A DNA stretch of 64,000 nt, from IMG/VR virus record IMGVR_UViG_3300021387_000484, positions 1 to 64,000 of that record; one strand, written 5' to 3'. The notes beneath the pieces were generated by a model. It worked only from the letters and a program-made list of their open reading frames with translations, had not been told where the DNA came from and made no database searches. The stretch is from a virus. Its lineage: Duplodnaviria; Caudoviricetes. Below, one piece after another: positions 54,408 through 63,747 of the stretch (positions are counted from its first letter, which is position 1; every line of letters starts with the position of its first letter). The position numbers and the translations under genes were made by a program.

Positions 54408-55247
54408 TCATTTTCCCCTCTTCACCGTCTTATCCCTAAGGGCGTATGCCTCATCGTAGTCCTTTGACACGGGTGTGTTCTTATAGAACTCTCTGAGGTT
54501 GACGTTTTTAACCTTTCCGACCCCCACGTACCGGTAAAAGACGATGCTTTCCTTTTTATCACGTTTGGGGTCCCAGCCCTGCTTCATGGCTTCTTCTTCA
54601 AAAGCCGGGTCCCACTTGCACCAGCTCACCGGTTCAAACCCGCATTTCACATAGAACTTGTGGTTGCCCTCATATGAGTCCAGCTTTATGCCGCCGTTTT
54701 TAACGGCATGCGCAAGAAGCGTTTTTCCCGATATCAGGCCCTTTTTGCCGTCGCCCCGTCCTACACAGACGCCCACTATATCGCCGCTCTTGTCAACGGC
54801 AATAGTGCTTCCCCCGTCTGATACATGGAGCTTAGCCCCTTTATGCCAGTCCAGAAACTCCTTCTTGGTCATTCCCGTGACACGCCATCCCTTTTCGGGG
54901 TCCTGTGACTGCTTTGCCTTGGCAAGAGTCTGGACATATTTTTGGGGGTCTGTATTTCCGAAGCGTATCTTGTCGCTCCCTTTTTCCCCGCTGGAATGAT
55001 AAAAGTCCTCGGCGCCCTTGCCGGTCTTCTCCTTCAGGGCTTCCCATGCTTCTTTGGGTCCTGCGCCGTCTGGAAGGTCTATCCCGTACTTCTTGCAAAG
55101 TCCGAACGCCAGCCTTGCGCTTGCATCCATCCTGACGGGCTTCCTCAGTGGAATGAAAAAGCCGTCCAGACGGACATAGGCCCCGGACCTGTCCCTTTTG
55201 CAGGTGATTCCCCTCTTCTCCAGTTCACGTCTTAGTGTGCTTCTCAT
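54408..55247 (-). CDS. GNAT-like protein with RxD leader, possible cargo
   Basis: RLD/RMD motifs; GDIVGV..GKTLLAHAVKNGGIKLDSY..FYVKCGF resembles a GNAT core. Confidence 0.5.
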   Translation of the reverse strand: MRSTLRRELEKRGITCKRDRSGAYVRLDGFFIPLRKPVRMDASARLAFGLCKKYGIDLPDGAGPKEAWEALKEKTGKGAEDFYHSSGEKGSDKIRFGNTDPQKYVQTLAKAKQSQDPEKGWRVTGMTKKEFLDWHKGAKLHVSDGGSTIAVDKSGDIVGVCVGRGDGKKGLISGKTLLAHAVKNGGIKLDSYEGNHKFYVKCGFEPVSWCKWDPAFEEEAMKQGWDPKRDKKESIVFYRYVGVGKVKNVNLREFYKNTPVSKDYDEAYALRDKTVKRGK

Positions 55248-55575
55248 CTGTGTCCCCCTTATCGGTCAGGGGACCCAGCTCTGACGCCATCTTCCGCGAC
55301 AGGTCATCGTAGTCCGCATTTTTGCGGACGCTGTCCCTGTCTATCTCAAGGATACCTTTGAGGTCATCCCACCCGGCCTCCTCCTTATTGGCGATGTCAA
55401 GGGCCTTCTTTGCCATGAGCACCGCCTTTGTGAGGTGGTAGGGGGAAAAGTCAAGGATGTCTGTCTTGCCGTCATCCTCGACTCTCACCTGATACCCTTT
55501 CCCGAACCTTGCGTTCATCTCGATATAAGCCTTCAACCTTTTCCTCCTCCCTGTTGTATAATCGAGTTTTCCCAT
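55225..55575 (-). CDS. Hypothetical protein, probably leaderless mRNA
   Basis: The ATG at 55575 lies 6 nt downstream of TATAAT. Confidence 0.55.
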   Translation of the reverse strand: MGKLDYTTGRRKRLKAYIEMNARFGKGYQVRVEDDGKTDILDFSPYHLTKAVLMAKKALDIANKEEAGWDDLKGILEIDRDSVRKNADYDDLSRKMASELGPLTDKGDTDEKHTKT

Positions 55576-55581
55576 ACCAGA

Positions 55582-55609
55582 ATTATACAACAGGGAAGGG
55601 CAAGGTCAA
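55582..55609 (-). promoter_or_regulatory. Sigma-A-type promoter
   Basis: TTGACC-N16-TATAAT. Confidence 0.6.
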
Positions 55610-55618
55610 TTATCCCCT

Positions 55619-55972
55619 TTATACGGCTTTCTTTTTTTTGCGGTACTCTGCCTGCTGGAGGCGGATGCGCTCCCGGTTCTTCTTGTACCACTCCTGTTTT
55701 CTTTTTCTCTCGGCTTCCTTGTCCTTCTTGGCGTAGTCAGCTTTGCGCTTGGCCTTGAGCTCTTCAGGGTCCTTATTGGCCACCTGCCTTCTGTACTTCT
55801 CAACCATCTTCTTGTGCTCTTTTACCTTCTCGGGAAAGAGCAGTTCTTCAACCATATCCTCGATGAGGTAGTCCTCGTAGGTGAGGCCAGCCTTGTCAAC
55901 TTCTTCGTCAAAACGGCGAAGCTCCTCAAGTTCTTCAGCTGTAAATCTTCCCATTCCAAACCTCCGCATCAT
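55619..55972 (-). CDS. Hypothetical protein with a basic coiled-coil tail
   Basis: ORF track; promoter immediately upstream. Confidence 0.6.
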   Translation of the reverse strand: MMRRFGMGRFTAEELEELRRFDEEVDKAGLTYEDYLIEDMVEELLFPEKVKEHKKMVEKYRRQVANKDPEELKAKRKADYAKKDKEAERKRKQEWYKKNRERIRLQQAEYRKKKKAV

Positions 55973-55999
55973 CTAACAATCGCCTCATCCGACTATTAG

Positions 56000-56028
56000 A
56001 GTATAGCATACATTGGTTCGAAATGCAA
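56000..56028 (-). promoter_or_regulatory. Sigma-A-type promoter
   Basis: TTGCAT-N17-TATACT with a TGn extension. Confidence 0.55.
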
Positions 56029-56051
56029 GGGTAATATATGCGTTTCTAAAT

Positions 56052-56073
56052 GCGTTACAATATATTGTTACGC
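56052..56073. promoter_or_regulatory. 22-bp near-perfect palindrome, candidate operator
   Basis: gcgttacaatatattgttacgc has one mismatched pair and lies just upstream of the -35 box. Confidence 0.5.
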
Positions 56074-56092
56074 TGTTTAAATTCGTTTCCGT

Positions 56093-57163
56093 TTATTTTA
56101 GGTTGTTTTCTGTCATCCCGCCGGGGCACCTTCTGAGCGTGAAATCGCGCCCTATATACGCCCCTTCACAGCCGTCAACAAGGAAGGTTGTGTACTCGCA
56201 GATGCCGTTGTCGACGACCGCCGCAACCTTCTTTGCCGGGTGGAAGCCGTCGCTCACGACCTTCTTTGCAAGGCACCTGTCCTTTTTTCTGGGGATGTTG
56301 AACAGCTGAGCCGTGTCGGCTATGCGGATATCCACCACGTAGGCCCTGCGGCACTTCTTCCTTGTGCCGTCCTTGAACGTACAGTAGGGGATATAGCTCC
56401 GTATCTTGGCTATCCCGCCTATGGACCGGATGAGCCACTGGACATCCCTCGCAAGGCGTCTCGAAGTGGACGTGTAGGTGCAGTGCCCTGACTGCCCGAC
56501 ATAGCCGTCCGTATCCATGAGCCCCTGTATGAGCTCCATGCGGTCCTTTAAGGAAGCGTGCTTGTATTCAGTCGGCACGTACTTTTTGTGGGACCTGCAA
56601 AGGAGCCCCTTTTCGGAGAGCCACGCCTTTTCCTTTGAAAACTGCCTGAGCCCAAAGACGGGCGTCCTGCTGTCGTTTGCCTGATACCGCGTCAGGGTGT
56701 AGCCGTCCTGACGCACCCTTCCAAAGAGCTCCATATCCCTCTTTATGAGCCGTATGGTCTCTTTTCTCAGGCACCCGTCACCAAGGAGCGCTCCAAGGGT
56801 ATAGGGCTTTATGGTAAGCTCATATTCCCGGTCGAACTCCACCTGTCCGCCCTGCTGAACGGTAATGGATTTTCCCCGTGCCATCACTTCCTGTATCTGC
56901 TGAGTGGTCCTGACCTTCAGCACGGGATTTTTGCCCATGGTGCGCGACAGCCACGGCTCGTCGGCAGTGCATACCACGTAGGAGCCGTCCGTAAATTCCA
57001 TCCTGTAGGTCTGAAGTGTCTGCGCATGGACGCCGACCGCTTTTGCCGTTTGACCGTCCGGGGTCCGAAGCACAGTGCCTTCGCGGACCTTGCCCCTCTT
57101 GATAAAGCCTGTCGGCGTCAGCACAGGCTCTCTTTCGGGCATGATGTTTTTTCTGGTGCTCAC
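56093..57163 (-). CDS. Free-standing intein-derived Hint/LAGLIDADG homing endonuclease
   Basis: EPVLTPTGF (block A-like), YTLGALLGDG and LIQGLMDTDG; no block B His, no terminal HN, no host exteins. Confidence 0.75.
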   Translation of the reverse strand: MSTRKNIMPEREPVLTPTGFIKRGKVREGTVLRTPDGQTAKAVGVHAQTLQTYRMEFTDGSYVVCTADEPWLSRTMGKNPVLKVRTTQQIQEVMARGKSITVQQGGQVEFDREYELTIKPYTLGALLGDGCLRKETIRLIKRDMELFGRVRQDGYTLTRYQANDSRTPVFGLRQFSKEKAWLSEKGLLCRSHKKYVPTEYKHASLKDRMELIQGLMDTDGYVGQSGHCTYTSTSRRLARDVQWLIRSIGGIAKIRSYIPYCTFKDGTRKKCRRAYVVDIRIADTAQLFNIPRKKDRCLAKKVVSDGFHPAKKVAAVVDNGICEYTTFLVDGCEGAYIGRDFTLRRCPGGMTENNLK

Positions 57164-58596
57164 TTCTTCACCAGTTCTCCCGCGCCGTATTTGGAGAGAT
57201 AGGCCTTCATGGCAGTGATAAAGTCGGGCATTTTCTCGTGCCAGAAGCCGTTCACGGCCTCCTGCACCTGCCCGTTCTTATCGCCCAGCGCTTTCTCCCT
57301 CTCCTTGTTGTTCCCATAGACGCCGAACATGGTCTCTATCGCAAGGTCAGAAACGGACTTTGCGGGGGCCTTCTTTTCATGAGCTGTAAATCCGTCATCC
57401 CTGTCTGAATCAGAAGTCGTGCCGTCCTCTTCAATGACGAAGGCTATCTCCTCATTGATGCACTGGAGTATCCCATCCCACGGGTAGTCGTAGTAGAGCT
57501 TTAAGTGGCTCTCTCCCCTTCCGTAGGTCTCGTCGTACTCGCCTTTTTGCTTCTGGTCGCCGACCTTGCCGCCAAGCGCCGTGCCCTTCTCGTTGATTGA
57601 AAATTCCATCAGGACATCGGGTTCGGCAGACAGACACATAGCGGTGTGCCCGTTGCCAGTCTTGTTATCATGGTACAGGTAACTGTCCCCCATCTGGGCG
57701 ATGAACTTCATGCTCCGCCAGACGAAGTTGCCGGTCCCGACCATGCACTTCTTCATGTTGCCCGTGTAAGTCGCGCCGCCACAGGAGATGCCAGCCGCCT
57801 CGTAAGCGTTGATGATGGCAGAAGAACAGTCCCTGTCCCCGCCTTTGATAATGTACTTCCTGCCGTAGATATCTATCTCTTCCGTACCGGTCCCCTGCCT
57901 GCCCGCCATGTCCTGCGTATACCCGTGCGCATTGTGGATGCACAGGTGCTTCATGATAAGGGCGGCCACTTCCTTTTTGGTGACGACCCTGCGCCCGGGC
58001 TTGGGGCTTACGGGTATCGAACTGCCAAAGTCCGTGTACCACTCGTTCTCATCTACATACCCGCTTATGCCGGGACATGTGGCGCGGCTTGTGAACTGCC
58101 AGCCGTCGGTCCATATTGTGGGCTTGTAGGCCATGTCGGGCTTTCCGTCGTTTTTCCCGTAGGCGGCAATCCACCTGCCTACGGTCATCCCCTTCAACTG
58201 CTGTTCAAAGGCCCACTGCCACGAATAAACACCGCCGTTCGGGAAGGCTTCCTGCCACATCTGTGCGGCCTTCTTCCAAAAGGCGGTGTTCTTTCTCTCT
58301 TCAAGGTCAAGCCAGAAGCGCTCCACCTTGTAGCCCGCGCACATGCGCTTTACATGGGCTATCTCCGACTTTATCTGCTTCTCGCTGTTGGCGTGGGAGT
58401 AGATATAGACTTCAAAGTAGATGCCAAGCCTTGTGCACTCCCTCATGTTGTAGGCGGCATACAGGTCATCCTGAGACTTTATATCGTCACCGTACCCTAT
58501 GCGGATAATGGCGCCCGATATATACTCCTTGACCTTTTCCCAGTATATCTTGCCCTGATGCTCAGAGACATCGAGCACCCTCTTTATATCAGCCAT
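57160..58596 (-). CDS. Endolysin: GH25 muramidase plus NlpC/P60-like peptidase plus CW_7-like repeat
   Basis: LDVSEHQG..YIYS..WLDLE..WQFTS..VDEN; DCSS..GHTA; GVYGNNKEREKALG. Confidence 0.85.
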   Translation of the reverse strand: MADIKRVLDVSEHQGKIYWEKVKEYISGAIIRIGYGDDIKSQDDLYAAYNMRECTRLGIYFEVYIYSHANSEKQIKSEIAHVKRMCAGYKVERFWLDLEERKNTAFWKKAAQMWQEAFPNGGVYSWQWAFEQQLKGMTVGRWIAAYGKNDGKPDMAYKPTIWTDGWQFTSRATCPGISGYVDENEWYTDFGSSIPVSPKPGRRVVTKKEVAALIMKHLCIHNAHGYTQDMAGRQGTGTEEIDIYGRKYIIKGGDRDCSSAIINAYEAAGISCGGATYTGNMKKCMVGTGNFVWRSMKFIAQMGDSYLYHDNKTGNGHTAMCLSAEPDVLMEFSINEKGTALGGKVGDQKQKGEYDETYGRGESHLKLYYDYPWDGILQCINEEIAFVIEEDGTTSDSDRDDGFTAHEKKAPAKSVSDLAIETMFGVYGNNKEREKALGDKNGQVQEAVNGFWHEKMPDFITAMKAYLSKYGAGELVKK

Positions 58597-58954
58597 CCTC
58601 TTCACCCCCGTTGTCGGACAGGTTGTCGGACAGGGTATCCATCGTGATGACCGCCGCCTCTATGAGGGCTTCCAGCTCTTCCTTTGTGATTTTCACTCCC
58701 TTGGCGGCACAGATGCGCATGATAAAGTTGTAGACGTATTTCTTCCGCTGGCTTCCGTCCGGGTCAATCTTCCTTGCGCGGTTGTACATCTGCTCTGCCG
58801 CATACACAGCGGAATAGACCCACTCCCTGACCTTCTCCATCTGTTCATTTTCCGTCTTAGTCTCAATCCACTTCCTGAGTGCGGGAACCACGAAGCCCGC
58901 CATAAAGAGAATCGCTATTTTCACAGCAAGTTCAAGTATCTGCATCCTTATCAT
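58589..58954 (-). CDS. Holin (LL-H-like)
   Basis: N-terminal TM segment; AVYAAEQ..G..KK..LIEAAV. Confidence 0.75.
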   Translation of the reverse strand: MIRMQILELAVKIAILFMAGFVVPALRKWIETKTENEQMEKVREWVYSAVYAAEQMYNRARKIDPDGSQRKKYVYNFIMRICAAKGVKITKEELEALIEAAVITMDTLSDNLSDNGGEEDG

Positions 58955-59011
58955 ATCTTTTTCCACCCCTGTTTTCGCTATAAACAAAGCTTTCTTCTCT
59001 ATAAGTTCTCT

Positions 59012-59416
59012 TTAAATGAACTTGTTCTCCGCTTTCACCCGCTGGTAAGTATCCTTGATATGGGCTATCGCGGCGGTCGCCTTGTTGTTCTCGTATTTCG
59101 GGTTGTCCTTGCAGTAACGCGAGTAGTAGTTCATGTCGTCGAGCACCTGATTGAAGGATTCCTCAGAATGGTCAATCCCGCGCCTAAGCTCATCGTCGAA
59201 TGATAAAATGTTCCGCCTAGCGTCGTCGGCATTCTCCTTGTCGAGCCGAAGCTCAATGCCCAGTATCCTCTCGCCGATAGTCTTTAGCGCGCGTGATATC
59301 TCGTTGTTCTTTTCTTCTTTTGCATCCTTTCTGGTTATCAGGAACTGGACAAACCCGATAAGCCCGCCGCCGATAAGCCCGCCTATTATCGTTTCAAAAA
59401 TCTCCAGTCCTCTCAC
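59012..59416 (-). CDS. Lysis-module membrane protein
   Basis: N-terminal TM segment; RRNILSFDDELRRG..HSEESF..Y..YC..NPKYENN. Confidence 0.65.
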   Translation of the reverse strand: MRGLEIFETIIGGLIGGGLIGFVQFLITRKDAKEEKNNEISRALKTIGERILGIELRLDKENADDARRNILSFDDELRRGIDHSEESFNQVLDDMNYYSRYCKDNPKYENNKATAAIAHIKDTYQRVKAENKFI

Positions 59417-59430
59417 ATCCCATCACCCCC

Positions 59431-61188
59431 TTATGCGTTTATGACCTTGTGCAGGTTCCCCTTGGAACAGGACAGCTCCATGACCCCGTTCTTACAGTCA
59501 ATGAAAATGTCCCCGTTCTCGGCGTTCCTTGCCACGACCGCGCCGACCGCTTCCAGCCGCTTTCTGGTCGTGCCCCTGCCAGACCGTTCAAGGTGGTGGT
59601 AGTTGGAGAAAGCTATCTTGGGACGGGTGGCCGCACAGATAGTGGCGTTGCAGGCGTTCGCGTCCCCGTGCCACTGCGTCTTGAAGATATCCGCCCTGAG
59701 ATTCGTGACTGCTTTAATGAGCAGGTTGTTGCCCTCATTTTGGAGGTCGCCCGCCGAATGAAAAACGACGGAGCCGTCAAGCGTAAACCTCGTCACGATG
59801 GACTGGTTGTTGACGAAGTGGTGGTCGTCGTGCTCTGAGAGCGCGGACGCCGGTGCCTGCCAGATGCAGTCGCACCGTATCTTACCCGCTGTAAATCCCT
59901 TTCCCGCCTTGAGGTAGGTACATGCCGCCCCGTACTTTGCCGCCTTCTTTTCCTGAGACCTTATGGCGTTGCCGTAGGTCTTTTGGTACTTGTCAAGCTG
60001 TTCAGTGTCGGGAAGGTAAATGGCTTTTACCTTGAACGTCTCAAACACATCTGTGAGCGCCCCGTAGTGGTCGCCGTGGGCGTGGGATATGACGACTGCG
60101 TCTATGGTCTTCACCCCGGCTTCTTTGAGCTTCTTTACGGTCTTACCGGCCTTCTTTGCCGTGTCGATAAGGACCACGTGCTCAATCGTCTTGTCATCAG
60201 CTCCGTACTGGATGATTGCCGTGGCGTCCCCGAACTGTGTCTCGTCGCCCTCAAAGAACCAGATGCCCCATACACGGATGCGGGGATGGTCGGAAGGCTT
60301 GCTGTCCTCTTTATTAGTCAGGATATCGTTTACACGCCCCTGTACCTTGGCTGGGTCGTAGCCGTTGAACGTGAGCAGAAGCTCCCTGACCTCCCCGTTT
60401 CCGTACTTTGCGTTTATCACGTCATTCGCGGCTTCCGTAAGGCTCTTCCCAGAGAGCTTTGCGATTGCGTTTATCTCTGCCTGAACCTCCACGCTCCATG
60501 CCCCCAAGCGTTCCTTCCGGTAGTCATCCTTACCGGCAAAGCCCGCTATCGTCATGACAGCCATGTCCCGTATGACCGCCTTCTGGTCCCCCCAGACGCG
60601 GTCTACCTCGTTCTGGATAGATGTACGGTTATCGCTCCCAAAGACGCTCAGACACTTCGTGCGCGCCGTTCCTGAGCCGTATACACTCAGCATGCAGTCG
60701 GACGCCGCGATAACGACCTGAAGGTCGTCCATCTTCACCATCTTTTCGTACTTGGGGCGCACCCTGCCGATGATGGTCCTGCCAGAGCGTTTCCTTCTCT
60801 TGCAGGTATCCTTTGATACCTGCTTGTAGTTGCCGCACAGGTTCACGTTTGAACCCAAGGCAAGCTCCGTGTGGTTGGGCTTCTTGTTCTTGTCCCCGTA
60901 GACGACAATGTCGCCGGGAAGGATGTCCCCGGAGCCGCTCTTCCAGATGCCGAGCTTTTCGGCATTCTTTTTCAATGTCCCGGACGCCTGCGCGTAACCG
61001 CCGACAAGGTCGATGCCCCCTGCGTCATACAGGATGGCCATGACCGTTTCCGTGCACCACTCGTCTGTCATCTTTGCGCCGTGCCCCTTGGCATTTAAGG
61101 TGGCGATGACATCTTTGTGGGCAGTAGGCGACCCGTCATATCTGGCGGCGGCTTTGAGCACGTTCCATACTGTGCATTTTGATGCCAT
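59431..61188 (-). CDS. CHAP peptidase plus CW_7-like repeats plus metallo-beta-lactamase-fold hydrolase
   Basis: WCTE..PGDIVVY..NHTE; G(V/K)YG(S/N)G repeats; LIDT..SHAHGDH..NNQS..AGD..WHG. Confidence 0.75.
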   Translation of the reverse strand: MASKCTVWNVLKAAARYDGSPTAHKDVIATLNAKGHGAKMTDEWCTETVMAILYDAGGIDLVGGYAQASGTLKKNAEKLGIWKSGSGDILPGDIVVYGDKNKKPNHTELALGSNVNLCGNYKQVSKDTCKRRKRSGRTIIGRVRPKYEKMVKMDDLQVVIAASDCMLSVYGSGTARTKCLSVFGSDNRTSIQNEVDRVWGDQKAVIRDMAVMTIAGFAGKDDYRKERLGAWSVEVQAEINAIAKLSGKSLTEAANDVINAKYGNGEVRELLLTFNGYDPAKVQGRVNDILTNKEDSKPSDHPRIRVWGIWFFEGDETQFGDATAIIQYGADDKTIEHVVLIDTAKKAGKTVKKLKEAGVKTIDAVVISHAHGDHYGALTDVFETFKVKAIYLPDTEQLDKYQKTYGNAIRSQEKKAAKYGAACTYLKAGKGFTAGKIRCDCIWQAPASALSEHDDHHFVNNQSIVTRFTLDGSVVFHSAGDLQNEGNNLLIKAVTNLRADIFKTQWHGDANACNATICAATRPKIAFSNYHHLERSGRGTTRKRLEAVGAVVARNAENGDIFIDCKNGVMELSCSKGNLHKVINA

Positions 61189-61198
61189 GTTTTCCTCC

Positions 61199-61984
61199 TT
61201 AATCGCCACAAAGGTCCGTGTGCTTTGATATGTAGAGCCCCTGCCAGCCGTGGAGCTTGTAGTAGGCCTTGGCCTTCACGATGCCAGACGCGGATTTCAC
61301 GTACTCGATACCCCGGACATACAGGCCATTCTTTTTCGCCCAGTCCATGTAGGCGGTCCGGTACTTCCTCTCCCCTGAGGACTGAGCACAGAAGTCCTCG
61401 TACAGGCACCCTTCCTGATTGATAGTCTTGATATATGGCTTTCCGATGCCGTCCTTGAACATCTTCTGGACAAGAAGGTCCGCGCCGTTTGGCATGACGA
61501 TAAGCCCCACGTCCTGCACGATGCGGCGGATGACATCAGTCATGGCAAGGTAGACTGCTGTGGCGGAAGGAGGCTTTTTCATCAGTTCCCCCTTCTTCTG
61601 CTTCTCAGCAAAGCCCTCCTTTGCCATCCAGTAGATATCACCGTTGTCGAAGTAGAGTCCGATAGCCCCCTTTGCCTTCTTGGCTTTTGCCTCGTCGATA
61701 AGGTGCTGTTTCCACTTATCGGAAGTCGGGTCTATCCAGTACTCGCCGGGCCAGACGTCGTATTCGCACACCCTCAGGCTTTTGAAGGTGTTATAGTAGG
61801 GCCTCTCCCTCTCAAGCGCGCCCGCGTTCAGGTAGTCGTAGACAAAGACGCCACGGTCCACCGCCGCCCTGACTGTCGCGGACGCTATGCCTTCGGAGTC
61901 TATGACCGCAAGTCCCTGTTTTTTTATGTTCTTGAGGACTTTTGCAACGTATTCCTGTTCAAAGCAGTATTTAAGTTCTCCCAT
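61199..61984 (-). CDS. GH114-like endo-alpha-1,4-polygalactosaminidase
   Basis: YLNAGALERERPY..WPGEYWID..KGAIGLYFDNGDIY..INQE..IEY. Confidence 0.7.
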   Translation of the reverse strand: MGELKYCFEQEYVAKVLKNIKKQGLAVIDSEGIASATVRAAVDRGVFVYDYLNAGALERERPYYNTFKSLRVCEYDVWPGEYWIDPTSDKWKQHLIDEAKAKKAKGAIGLYFDNGDIYWMAKEGFAEKQKKGELMKKPPSATAVYLAMTDVIRRIVQDVGLIVMPNGADLLVQKMFKDGIGKPYIKTINQEGCLYEDFCAQSSGERKYRTAYMDWAKKNGLYVRGIEYVKSASGIVKAKAYYKLHGWQGLYISKHTDLCGD

Positions 61985-62012
61985 GGTGTCTTTCCTCCTT
62001 TCCCTGCGCATA

Positions 62013-62042
62013 TAAAAAAGACACCCGGTTAGGGTGCCTTTT
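62013..62042. terminator. Terminator hairpin upstream of the lysis cassette
   Basis: aaaagacaccc-ggtta-gggtgcctttt. Confidence 0.6.
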
Positions 62043-62148
62043 GTGTCTTTTGATTTTTTCCGACAGCATACCTTGTACCACCGTTTTGGTGGGACTTACA
62101 AGGAATCTTACGGAAATCTATAGAATTTTATGGAACAATTCGAGCGTT

Positions 62149-62892
62149 TTATTCGCTTTTATCTATGAGTTTCAGATATCTCCACCTCACTGACCCCGGG
62201 GTCCTGCCGATTTCCAGACCTATGGAAGAGAAAGTCCCTCCGTCCCCCATCTTCTCAAGTATGAGAGAATCCTCGCTTTCGGTATACGGCTCCCCCGCTT
62301 CCTTCCACTCCCCGCGATACATCTTAAAGCGCAGAACGTCCTCATATGGCGTAGCTACCTTCTCCTTCCGTTTCTTTCCAGACGCGGGCAGTATTGGCTT
62401 TGCCAGCCTCCTTGCATCCACCTTCAGCTTTGCGCTCACGGGCTTTTGTGCCGCCCCCATGTCCCCAATGGGAATCCATCCAGAGCTCCACCCCTCTGCC
62501 AATGGGGTCGCCACGACTGAGCCCTCTACCTGCGGCCCCCTGTACCAGTTTCCGCTCGTGTACTGGCCATAGGTGAGCCCCGAATCCTTTACGGCCCGCA
62601 TCTTCTCCCTTTTCGCGTCGTCAGTCTCCCTGCGCCTCTCCACGGCGTACTTTTTTTCATTTGCCTTTTCCTTCACGCGGCAGTCCTCACACAGGGTGCG
62701 GTTGCTGTTGACGCTCACGCGGTAGACCCTTCCGCACTTTAAGCACATGATTTCCTTGGTCCTTATATGGTGGTCCTTCGAGTGATACTGCCTCATGCAT
62801 TGCCGTGAACAGAATTTTTTGTTCGGCACCGTCCGCACGAACTCTGCGCCACAACACAGACACTTCGCTGTCTCCTTCCCTTCTTTATCCAT
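62149..62892 (-). CDS. Zinc-finger plus C-terminal HTH/Myb-like hypothetical protein
   Basis: Several CxxC pairs; YTESED..IGLEIGRTPGSVRWRY. Confidence 0.55.
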   Translation of the reverse strand: MDKEGKETAKCLCCGAEFVRTVPNKKFCSRQCMRQYHSKDHHIRTKEIMCLKCGRVYRVSVNSNRTLCEDCRVKEKANEKKYAVERRRETDDAKREKMRAVKDSGLTYGQYTSGNWYRGPQVEGSVVATPLAEGWSSGWIPIGDMGAAQKPVSAKLKVDARRLAKPILPASGKKRKEKVATPYEDVLRFKMYRGEWKEAGEPYTESEDSLILEKMGDGGTFSSIGLEIGRTPGSVRWRYLKLIDKSE

Positions 62893-62895
62893 CGC

Positions 62896-63090
62896 TCACT
62901 CTCCGCTTACAAGGCGCAGTCCGCACCCAGAGCAGACCGTCCCCTTCTCCACTGCTTCATCCAGTTCCCACGGGAACGCGTAGTTCAAGAAGCAGTGATA
63001 ATAGACCCCTTCGTCCTCCAAGAACCTGCAATCCGCGCACCTGTCTGGCTTCTCCATGACATAGATATCTTTCGGCATCACTTTCCGCAT
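62896..63090 (-). CDS. Small Cys-rich hypothetical protein
   Basis: MEKPDRCADCRF..C..C; start chosen after an AAGGGGG RBS. Confidence 0.55.
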   Translation of the reverse strand: MRKVMPKDIYVMEKPDRCADCRFLEDEGVYYHCFLNYAFPWELDEAVEKGTVCSGCGLRLVSGE

Positions 63091-63116
63091 AGTTTTTACC
63101 CCCTTTTTGGTGGGAA

Positions 63117-63503
63117 TCACAAAAAAGCCTCTCCCCACTCCTCTTCCCCGACAAGGCTCTTTAAGTGATTGAAAATCCTCTCCTTCGTCCCTGCGTCCAT
63201 CGGCAGTTCGTAGGCTTCTCCCACGTCCTGCTCGGTCCCCCACGGCTCAAGCATGACACCTAAAAGCCGGTCCTTTACGCACACGGCCAAGTAGGCGTAC
63301 CATCCGCTGAGGTCACAGTCAGGGCTCCTGTCATAGAAGGGCGCAAAGCCCAGACGCTTTAAGATATCGTCGGCCTCCGCGTCAAACTCTACCGTCGGTT
63401 CTATCACCAAGCACAATACCCCCTCCTGCGCCTTCAGTGTGGCAGGAGGGGTGTACTGACTTATAAATATGTTGTCCTCTATATACTCTTGTGAAAGCTC
63501 CAT
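63117..63503 (-). CDS. Hypothetical protein
   Basis: AAGGGGG RBS before MELSQE. Confidence 0.55.
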   Translation of the reverse strand: MELSQEYIEDNIFISQYTPPATLKAQEGVLCLVIEPTVEFDAEADDILKRLGFAPFYDRSPDCDLSGWYAYLAVCVKDRLLGVMLEPWGTEQDVGEAYELPMDAGTKERIFNHLKSLVGEEEWGEAFL

Positions 63504-63513
63504 GTGACCCCCT

Positions 63514-63747
63514 TTACAGGAACTCAAGCAGGTAGTCGGGTTCCAGACCCAGCTCCTGCTCAAGGACCTCCTCGGGGTCCAGACAGCTTGTGCCCATAAG
63601 GGCGTCGCAGACCTCTGAGCGCGCGCTCTGGAACGCTCTTGAAGCCTCGTCGCGTGATAATCCGTCGCGCGCCATCAAAATCTCGATAACCTTACTGCCT
63701 CTCTTCACGTCCGCTCCTTCCCGGGTCCTCCCCTTATCTGTAGTCAT
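63514..63747 (-). CDS. Hypothetical protein
   Basis: ILMARDGLS..EEVLEQELGLEPDY; coupled to neighbouring genes. Confidence 0.6.
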   Translation of the reverse strand: MTTDKGRTREGADVKRGSKVIEILMARDGLSRDEASRAFQSARSEVCDALMGTSCLDPEEVLEQELGLEPDYLLEFL

